A DNA stretch of 37,664 bases from Gemmatimonadota bacterium (GTDB lineage Bacteria > Gemmatimonadota > Gemmatimonadetes > Palauibacterales > Palauibacteraceae). The notes under the pieces are model-generated. The model searched no databases, was not told where the DNA came from, and saw only the letters and a program-made list of their open reading frames with translations. Position numbers and translations under genes: made by a program. Shown here in pieces: positions 10,701 through 16,926 of this stretch. Within the stretch, counting starts at the first letter, position 1; each line of letters opens with the position of its first letter. The stretch covers positions 1 through 37,664 of the forward strand of contig JBDHFS010000009.1 of the NCBI GenBank assembly GCA_039590285.1, in the 5' to 3' direction.

Positions 10701-11034
10701 TGATGAGGCTGTCCTCGAGATCGCGACCGACTTCGTAGCGCACGGTCACCAGGCCGAAGCCGGGACTGGCGTGGCTATATACGTACTCCACTCCATCGAT
10801 TCCCGAGAGTACGTTCTCCAGCGGAATCAGGGCGCGGTTCTCTATCTCGTCCGGCTCCGCCCCGGGCATGGGGAGGTAGATGTCGGCCAGGGGGACGATG
10901 ATCTGCGGCTCCTCTTCGCTGGGAAGCGTGGCGGTCGTGTAGACGCCCAGACCCAGCGCCGCCGCCAGGAGAAGCGGCGTCAGCTTGGAGGTGAGAAACG
11001 CGTCGGAGAGTCGCCCGGCGATCCGCGTCTTCAT
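7753..11034 (-). CDS. RND efflux transporter permease subunit (AcrB/CusA superfamily)
   Basis: 1093 aa; two TM clusters separated by large periplasmic loops; IDDSIIVAEN proton-relay motif; RNGILLID and RTRPIALT; EEEPQI near the N-terminus. Confidence 0.95.
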   Translation of the reverse strand: MKTRIAGRLSDAFLTSKLTPLLLAAALGLGVYTTATLPSEEEPQIIVPLADIYLPMPGAEPDEIENRALIPLENVLSGIDGVEYVYSHASPGFGLVTVRYEVGRDLEDSLIRLYATLMKHADRMPAGLAFPLVKTVAIDDVPFFSVTLAGDRDHAELRRMAEEVAVAFESVTDVRDVQVIGGQPHEIRVELSPERLAELGVDPGIVVERLKAANISFEAGRYAAADRVVRVVGGPFLRTAEDVAGVVLDVRDGRLVQVGDVAAVTDGAAEVDSYTFHGRPGEALVPMVSIAVSKRPGSDATEVGRRLEHTLKRLEGRIVTADVDALVTRNYGETAREKVATLKEHLGLAVIAVGIVVAVFMGWRSALVVMLAVPITFALTLFVYQIFGYTLNRVTLFALIFVTGIVIDDSIIVAENMERHFRMRDRPLRAAARAAVDEVGNPTILATLTVIAAVLPMLFVSGLMGPYMSPMPIGASLAMMFSLLVALIGTPWLAFRLLGKTHHGQNEDAPYVLEDTKIYRAYRWLMYPLLERPGRLLVALGVVTLLLLGATGLFFTRTVMVKMLPFDDKNEIQVILDLPEGTTLETSAALAVDVARGLSAVPEIADVQVFAGVAAPFNFNGLIRHYYLREGNNVADIQVNLVDKSQRSTRSHDIAKAVRPIVDSVVAVSGTGARAKVVEVPPGPPVLSTLVAEVYGTDPMAQREVAEQVMLRFAEQPGVVDVDWSLIHPQEELRLSVDEERAALSGVAKAQVVHALAIGLGGTVATQLSAPEARAAVPVRVRLPEEARSGPDRIGALHVASRMGGMVPVGQLVATEWATVPQPIDRKNGQRVVYVTADVAGAEESPVYAILDLQDRVAEIRLPSGAGLGQLYTRQPGTVEQPVMKWDGEWQVTYEVFRDLGIAFAGALLLIYGLLVAWFGSFITPLVMMTAIPLTLVGIAPGHLVFGAFFTATSMIGMIALAGIMVRNGILLIDYLEARLDTGVPLSRAVIEAGAVRTRPIALTAGTVIIGAIVILFDPIFEGLAVALITGSLASTLLTLVVVPGIYFLLKRDRSVGASPDPMLEAETSPEPNPEPDTEPMSDPEPRTAPAVV

Positions 11035-12086
11035 TGATCACCATCCAGCCCGAAGGTCCAGCCGACGGTTTCTGTCCCACCGATGCCCGTGCCGTCGACC
11101 AGGGCAGGATCCGGTTCGCGCACGACCAGCGCCCCCTCGCGCAATCCGGCCAGCACTTCCACGGCGTCGTCCGCTCGGCGACCCGTCCGGACCCAGCGAA
11201 GCCGGAGGGCGTCACCGTCAACGACGTACAGGCCGGTCAGCTGGCCACGGTGGATCAGCGCGTCAGCCGGTACCCACGCGCTGGCGTCGCCGCGACCGGG
11301 AAGCTCCATGCGCGCGAACGTGCCGGCGACAGGAGGATCCTCTGCGTCATCGAGCATGGCCTCCACACGGAACCGGTGACTGGACAGCTCGATCACGGGC
11401 ACAACGAGGCTCACCGTGGCCGTCCAGCGCGCTTTGCCCTCGGGTCGCAGGACGGCGACCCGATCTCCGACCGAGACGAAATCAGCCAGCCCGGCTGGAA
11501 GGTCCGCTTCGACCTTGACACCGCTCGCACCAGAGATGACCAGCACGGGGCGGCCGGGGACGGCGAGATCGCCGGGATTGGCGAGTCGAGCCGAGACGTA
11601 GCCATCGAAAGGTGCGCGCAGCGTTACGTACTCTCGGGCGGCCTGCGCCTCGCTCAGGGCCGCATCGGCCGTCCTCAGAGCCGCTTCCGCCTGGTCGAGC
11701 TCTTGACGGGTCGCCGCGCCGTCGCGTTCGAGGTTGGAGAGACGCTCATATGTGCGGCGCGTCACCACGGTCTGGGCTTCCGCCCTCACCACCGCGGATT
11801 CCACACCCGCTGCTTCGAGCCGCACGAGGACCTGGCCGCGGCGCACGGTCGCGCCCGCGTCGACGAGTACGGCCTCGATGGTGCCGCTGGCGCGGGTCGC
11901 CAGATTGGCCGTCTCCCGGGCCACAATCCTCGCGGGAGCCTGGAATACGGTGGGGGCCGATCCGGCAGCGCTCACGGCCACCGTGCCCACATCCGGAAGG
12001 CTGTCCACCTCCCCGGGCTCTCCGCTGTCGCACGCGGTGGCCGTGGTAAGCGCCGTGACCACGGACAGCAACATGTATCGCTTCAT
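11031..12086 (-). CDS. RND periplasmic adaptor (membrane fusion protein), probable lipoprotein
   Basis: MKRYMLLSVVTALTTATAC signal with Cys; lipoyl-hairpin motifs (G.IEAVLVDAG..V..GQVL, LRAPFDG). ATGA overlaps with both tolC and the RND gene. Confidence 0.92.
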   Translation of the reverse strand: MKRYMLLSVVTALTTATACDSGEPGEVDSLPDVGTVAVSAAGSAPTVFQAPARIVARETANLATRASGTIEAVLVDAGATVRRGQVLVRLEAAGVESAVVRAEAQTVVTRRTYERLSNLERDGAATRQELDQAEAALRTADAALSEAQAAREYVTLRAPFDGYVSARLANPGDLAVPGRPVLVISGASGVKVEADLPAGLADFVSVGDRVAVLRPEGKARWTATVSLVVPVIELSSHRFRVEAMLDDAEDPPVAGTFARMELPGRGDASAWVPADALIHRGQLTGLYVVDGDALRLRWVRTGRRADDAVEVLAGLREGALVVREPDPALVDGTGIGGTETVGWTFGLDGDQ

Positions 12087-13483
12087 CGATCGTATCCATT
12101 CATGTGCAGGGTCGTGACAAACCGCAGCCGGGCTTCCGCCATTCGAAGCGCCGCTTGCCCGTCGATCGCGTGGCTCTCCGCCTGCGCTCTCCGTGACTCG
12201 GCTTGAAGAACATCCGTGGCCGTGGCCAGTCCCTCGTCGAATCGGCGGCCCATCAACTGCGCCCCGACCTCGGCCGCGACCTCTGCCGCCGAGGTCGCTT
12301 CGACAGCCTGTCGAGCCGAGATCACTCCGCTTCGCGCCTCCGAGAGCTCCGCTCGAGCTTCGCGGAGCGCCGTCTCGTACCTCGTCTCCGCGAGCGACCG
12401 CGCGGCGTCCGCACGTTGTTTGTCCTTCGAGCGGCTGAACCCGGAGAAAATGTTCCACTTCAGGCCGACGCCCACCGCCCAGTTATCACCATCTCGCCGG
12501 AAGGCTTCGGCGGCGTGGATTCCGTAGCTGCCGAACACACCGATCTCGGGCAGGTACGCGCGACCCGCCTGCTTCGAGCCGGCTTCGGCGGCGTCTCGTT
12601 CGCTCGAAAGAGCTATCAGATCAGCTCGGGTAGAGGGATCGAAGGTCTGGATCTCTTCGGGAACCGGCTGCGCGGGGGCTTCGATCGTGAGGGAGTCCGT
12701 CAGGATCGGCAGCTCCGCTCCATCTCCACCCAGGAACACGGCGAGGTTGCGGAGGGCGTTAGCCTCGCGCCGCTCAGCATCGACCCGGCGTGCGATGGAA
12801 AACGAGAAATCAGCCTCGGCCTGGAGCAGGTCGGCCCGGGTGAGAACACCCTCCTCTACCCTCCGCGCGAACACATCCCGGTTCGCGGCTGCCGCATCCT
12901 CGGCGCGGCGCGCGGCCTGAAGCTGGGCCCCGGCGCGTTGGGCCTCTCGGTACAGGAGCTCCGTACGCATCAGCGTTGCCTCGCGAGCTCGCGTCTCCGA
13001 CCACGCCGCGGCGTCCGCCTGGAGCGAGGCGGCCCCACGGGCCGTCCAGTCCGCGGGGCTGAACACCTTCCACTGGAGCGAGAAGCGGTTCACCCAGTCG
13101 TTGATCGGATCCGGGTTGTTGAGAGCGCCTACGTCGAAGTCCGGCTGGCTGAACGTTCCCTGACGCAGTCTAGTGCCGAACACGAATACGGGGTCGTTGG
13201 AGCGGATGAATCCGCTCTCGAAATCCAGCTTCGGCCAGTACACGGCCGAGCCGCCGTCCGCCGATGCTTCCGCCATGTCCCGTCTCGCACCCGCCATCCG
13301 GAGCTCTGCGTTCCCCGACAGGGCCTCCGCGATCGCCCCCTCGAGGCTCAGCCGTCTTCCCCCGGTAGTATCCTGGGCCGCCAGACCGTGCTCCGAGGCC
13401 GGCCCGGCCAGCATGAGAGCCCCGGCCAGGAAGGCTGTTCTCCAGAACTCGCGGGACCCTGCAATCCCTTGCATCGTTCGCAT
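12083..13483 (-). CDS. TolC family outer-membrane efflux protein
   Basis: Signal peptide, LSLEGAIAEAL..N, YWPKL/YLPEI repeat, helical Ala-rich segments, RFDEG...DVLQAE; upstream of MFP and RND genes. Confidence 0.9.
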   Translation of the reverse strand: MRTMQGIAGSREFWRTAFLAGALMLAGPASEHGLAAQDTTGGRRLSLEGAIAEALSGNAELRMAGARRDMAEASADGGSAVYWPKLDFESGFIRSNDPVFVFGTRLRQGTFSQPDFDVGALNNPDPINDWVNRFSLQWKVFSPADWTARGAASLQADAAAWSETRAREATLMRTELLYREAQRAGAQLQAARRAEDAAAANRDVFARRVEEGVLTRADLLQAEADFSFSIARRVDAERREANALRNLAVFLGGDGAELPILTDSLTIEAPAQPVPEEIQTFDPSTRADLIALSSERDAAEAGSKQAGRAYLPEIGVFGSYGIHAAEAFRRDGDNWAVGVGLKWNIFSGFSRSKDKQRADAARSLAETRYETALREARAELSEARSGVISARQAVEATSAAEVAAEVGAQLMGRRFDEGLATATDVLQAESRRAQAESHAIDGQAALRMAEARLRFVTTLHMNGYDR

Positions 13484-13507
13484 ACCCGCTCCCTCTTATG
13501 TATGCCC

Positions 13508-13819
13508 TCAGCCAATGCCCGTGTCGCACGCGCGCAGGCAGTCCATGACACGCACCACCTTCTCGTCGCTGATGTCGTAGAACACGTGAACACCCTCCCG
13601 GCGCGCTCTCAGAATCCCCTTGTCCCGCATCAGGTTGAGGTGTTGAGACGCCACCGCCTGCTCCAGACCGACCGTTTCGCGGATGTCAGTCACCGTCATC
13701 TCCCCACCGTTGTCGAGGAGCTCGATGATTCGAAGGCGCAGGGGATGCCCTATGCACTTCAACACGCGCGCCGCGTCCTGGACCGTGTCCACGCTGATTC
13801 TCGCCGTATCGCTCGTCAT
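13508..13819 (-). CDS. ArsR/SmtB family transcriptional regulator (103 aa, three Cys)
   Basis: LKCIGHPLRLRIIELL, SQHLNLMR, GIL..RREG..VFY winged-helix pattern; C-terminal CLRAC. Start at MTSDT (13819) is a best guess. Confidence 0.9.
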   Translation of the reverse strand: MTSDTARISVDTVQDAARVLKCIGHPLRLRIIELLDNGGEMTVTDIRETVGLEQAVASQHLNLMRDKGILRARREGVHVFYDISDEKVVRVMDCLRACDTGIG

Positions 13820-13881
13820 CGCAGAGCCTTGCGTTACGGGTTCCCTGCCCGGCCGATAAGAGTATCGACCTACAACTATGA

Positions 13882-13913
13882 ACATATATATATCTGAATA
13901 TATGTATTGTCAA
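13882..13913 (-). promoter_or_regulatory. Sigma70-type promoter of the ArsR-RND operon overlapped by an 8-8-8 inverted repeat (probable ArsR operator)
   Basis: Minus strand TTGACA (13913-13908), 17-nt spacer, TATATA (13890-13885). ACATATAT (13882-13889) is the reverse complement of ATATATGT (13898-13905). Strongly AT-rich patch in GC-rich DNA. Confidence 0.75.
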
Positions 13914-14162
13914 GAGTGCCCTATCCCTGTCACCTTGGAAATGGCCTGAAACCGGCGTCCGGAAGACATATCGGGGGTCGCAACGCGCGCGATCGTCCTT
14001 CACCCTCTATATTGTTTGATCGGTTTCGTGTTGCCGATGACGGAAACCCCGTTGTTGCCGGCACCTGTCCTGTCGGGTCCCCGCCCCGAGTTCACCGCTT
14101 TGCGGAATACGGATCTGGTGTCGGCAAAGCTGAGCCCGACCTGATGGAGGGAGTACGGCAGG

Positions 14163-14558
14163 ATGGGACGGCACACCGACTGTCTGATGGCGTTGCGGGG
14201 CGCGAGCCTGGTCTGTCTTCTCAGCCTCGCCATCGGCTCCGCGTGCACGCCGGATGCTCCACAGGGGGGTCTTCCGACGCACCCGTCAGACCGATTCTCG
14301 GTATCGCTGGAGTGGGATGCCCCGGATGTCGATGAAATGGGCCGACCACTCACGGACCTGGCAGGCTACCGTCTCTACTTTTCCCTCACGAGCCCACCCG
14401 ACGGTCCCGACGGAAACCGCATCGAGGTGGGGACCGATACCCGTTTCACGGTTACAGGTCTCGCTGCGGGTGAGTACTACTTCGGAGTCACCGCCCTTGA
14501 CGCCGCGGGAAACGAGAGTGGACTCTCCGAGCTGCTGATGTTCGAGGTGGGGCGGTGA
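14163..14558 (+). CDS. Small lipoprotein with a single fibronectin type III-like domain (cassette 1)
   Basis: Hydrophobic signal ending LAIGSAC; SVSLEWDAP..D..GRPLTDLAGYRLY...FTVTGL..GEYYFGVTALD..GNES FN3 pattern. GGAGG upstream. Confidence 0.85.
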   Translation: MGRHTDCLMALRGASLVCLLSLAIGSACTPDAPQGGLPTHPSDRFSVSLEWDAPDVDEMGRPLTDLAGYRLYFSLTSPPDGPDGNRIEVGTDTRFTVTGLAAGEYYFGVTALDAAGNESGLSELLMFEVGR

Positions 14559-16345
14559 GGGGACCGCGGGGACGGGTGTCGGTTCTGTCGTGGGCCGCGG
14601 TCAGCGTCCTGATGCTCTTCGCGTGGCCGCGCCCGTCGCTCGGCCAGCAGGCCATGCTCGTACCCTCGCCAACCAACCTCAGCGCAGGGGCAGTAGACAA
14701 CTCGCGTATCGACCTGTCATGGAGGGCGGCCTCGTCCGGAAATATCGCGACCTACCGCGTCTACTACGACGACGACCGCTTCATAGCGAGCGTTTCCGGG
14801 TCCACGACTTCGTATTCAGACACCGGTCTGGAGCCGTGGACGGTCTATCGATATTACGTGACGGCGGTCCAACAGAACGGTAACGAGAGCGGTCCGAGCA
14901 ATGTGGCCTCGGCACGTACACTGGACGGGACCCCGCCGTCCGCTCCAAGGGATCTGCAGGGTCAGCCGATCAGCGACTCCGAGGTCTCTCTGGTGTGGAA
15001 CGGGGCCAGCGACCCCGAGTCGGGTGTCGCCGGGTACGTCATCTTCAGGGATGGACGCGAGATCGACCGAACCTCGAGCCCCGGCTTCGGGGACTCGGGA
15101 CTGGAGGCTGACCGTCAGTACTCCTACGAGGTTACAGCGGTCAACGGAGAGGGATTGGAGGGGGCAGCGGCCGGCCCGGTTCAGGTCCGAACGCTCTCGG
15201 ACGAGGCGCCGGAACCACCGACGGAAGTCCGGGCGACGGCCGTGGAGTCGAACGCCGTGGAATTGGAGTGGAACGCGCCGCCGGGAGACGAAGATATCGA
15301 CGGGTACCGGGTCTATAGGGACGGAGAATCAGTGGGAACGACATCCCAGCGTCGTCATCGGGATTCTGGTTTGCAACCGTTCACGACGTACCTGTACCAC
15401 GTGACATCGATCGGAGAGGATGGTGATGAGAGCGCGCCCAGCTCCCCGCTTGAGGTCATGACCCTGGACGGTTCGGCACCGACGAAGCCCGAAGGCCTGA
15501 TCGCGAGGGCCGTGGGCAGCGAGCGAATCGACCTGGCGTGGAACGCGGCCCAGGACCCGGAGTCCGGGATAGCGTTCTACCGGATCATGCGGAATGGTGA
15601 CGAGGTCGGCACGACGGAGGGCACGACGTATCAGGACTTCGGACTCGAATCGGGCACCACGTACGAGTACCGGGTCTCAGCGGTCAACGGGAGCGGCCTG
15701 GAGGGCGCCGCCAGCGAGCCCGCCGGGGCGACGACCCTGGACGGGAGCGGCCCGACGAAGCCGACGGACCTCACGGCCACGGCGATCGGGACGGATCGAA
15801 TCGAGCTGAGCTGGTCGCCATCGACCGACCCCGAGACGGGCGTCGCCCTGTACCGTGTCTTTCGCGACGGGGCCGAGGTGGCCGCAGCCACGAGTGCGGC
15901 CTATACGGATTCAGGCCTGGCGCCGAATACGGAATACGAGTATCGGGTCTCCGCGGTCAACGGGGAGGGACTCGAAAGCGACCTCAGCGAACCCGCCTCA
16001 GCCGTCACACTGGACGAGGGCGGTCCACCGGCGCCCGCCGATCTACTGGCACAGGCCGTTGGCCCCGATCAGGTAAACCTGACCTGGACAGCACCGGACG
16101 CGACGGACACCGAGATCGTCAGCTACAACGTGTATCGTGACGGCAGTTTCGTCGGGAATGTCGTCGCCACGGTCTTCGCCGATGCCGGCCTCTCGCCCGG
16201 GACGACGTATCGTTACGCGGTGGCCAGCGTGAACGATGAGGGCGAGGAGGGCGAACGCAGCGGCGAAGCACTGGCCACGACGTTCCCGGCCGATGACCTG
16301 ATCCCCCCGGCTCCACCGACGAGACTGAGGGTCGTGGGGCCGTAG
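14555..16345 (+). CDS. Secreted protein with six tandem FN3 domains and a conserved C-terminal PPAPPTRLRVV tail
   Basis: Signal peptide; six roughly 90-aa repeats (P..L.A......I.L.W...Y.V.R.G...Y.D.GL.P.T.Y.Y.V.AV..G.E); no catalytic domain seen; GTGA overlap with the upstream lipoprotein gene. Confidence 0.9.
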   Translation: MRGPRGRVSVLSWAAVSVLMLFAWPRPSLGQQAMLVPSPTNLSAGAVDNSRIDLSWRAASSGNIATYRVYYDDDRFIASVSGSTTSYSDTGLEPWTVYRYYVTAVQQNGNESGPSNVASARTLDGTPPSAPRDLQGQPISDSEVSLVWNGASDPESGVAGYVIFRDGREIDRTSSPGFGDSGLEADRQYSYEVTAVNGEGLEGAAAGPVQVRTLSDEAPEPPTEVRATAVESNAVELEWNAPPGDEDIDGYRVYRDGESVGTTSQRRHRDSGLQPFTTYLYHVTSIGEDGDESAPSSPLEVMTLDGSAPTKPEGLIARAVGSERIDLAWNAAQDPESGIAFYRIMRNGDEVGTTEGTTYQDFGLESGTTYEYRVSAVNGSGLEGAASEPAGATTLDGSGPTKPTDLTATAIGTDRIELSWSPSTDPETGVALYRVFRDGAEVAAATSAAYTDSGLAPNTEYEYRVSAVNGEGLESDLSEPASAVTLDEGGPPAPADLLAQAVGPDQVNLTWTAPDATDTEIVSYNVYRDGSFVGNVVATVFADAGLSPGTTYRYAVASVNDEGEEGERSGEALATTFPADDLIPPAPPTRLRVVGP

Positions 16346-16407
16346 AAGAGAGCGCCGTCAGACCTTTCCTCCCTGAAGGCCTTTCAGGTTAGCCCCCCAC
16401 TGCTGCG

Positions 16408-16423
16408 TGGCAGGAACCTTGCT
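16408..16423 (+). promoter_or_regulatory. Putative sigma54 (-24/-12) promoter for cassette 2
   Basis: TGGCAGGAACCTTGCT versus consensus TGGCACG-N4-TTGCW: one mismatch, exact GG-N10-GC spacing, intergenic, about 117 nt before ATG 16540. Confidence 0.65.
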
Positions 16424-16539
16424 TCCATTGGTACCCGTTCCTGCCGGCCCCCGGTCGCGGCCAAGGCCTCGACTGGCGGCGATTGCGGCGAAATAGGGGC
16501 GCCCGGCGTGTCGCAGCGGGCAAACGAAGTACGGCTTCC

Positions 16540-16926
16540 ATGTGGCATGACCGCAACAGCAGGCTCAGAGGGACCGCCTTCGCCGGAGCCATCGCGCTGA
16601 TTCTGGCATCGGGATGCACCCCGGACGGACCGGGCGACGGGGTGCCTACGCATCCGAGCGACAGGTACTCGATAACGCTCGAGTGGGATGCGCCCACGAC
16701 CGATGCCGTGGGCCGGCCGCTGGACGACCTGGCCGGCTATCGCCTCTACTATTCCGAGGATTCAGCGCCCGAGAGCGGCAGCGAGATGATCGACGTCGGG
16801 GACGTGACGCGCTTCACCGTGGAAGGGCTCGACGCCGGCACTTATGTGTTCGCCGTGACGGCCCTGGATGAGGACGGGAACGAAAGCGACTTCTCCGATC
16901 CGCTGCCGGTGGAGGTCGGACCGTGA
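16540..16926 (+). CDS. Small FN3 lipoprotein (cassette 2), paralog of 14163..14558
   Basis: MWHDRNSRLRG...ALILASGC lipobox; shares CTPD.P..G.PTHPSDR.S..LEWDAP..D..GRPL.DLAGYRLY...GNES with the first copy. Confidence 0.87.
   Translation: MWHDRNSRLRGTAFAGAIALILASGCTPDGPGDGVPTHPSDRYSITLEWDAPTTDAVGRPLDDLAGYRLYYSEDSAPESGSEMIDVGDVTRFTVEGLDAGTYVFAVTALDEDGNESDFSDPLPVEVGP

Noticed and set aside
8641-12206. 798-aa and 390-aa plus-strand ORFs opposite the RND and MFP genes
   Set aside because: Antisense shadows caused by GC codon bias; the minus-strand genes have clear family motifs.
14005-14075. Possible IHF site and sigma54-like sequences (CGGAAACCCCGTTGT, CGGCACCTGTCCTGT) upstream of FN3 cassette 1
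   Set aside because: Both lack the conserved -12 GC and the IHF match is partial; too weak to call.
14117-14162. GGCAAA-containing leaders before both FN3 cassettes as possible c-di-GMP-I riboswitches; shared AGTACGGC at 14152 and 16528
   Set aside because: No GAAA tetraloop P2 stem or receptor-containing P3 could be built; the shared 8-mer is more simply a duplication remnant.
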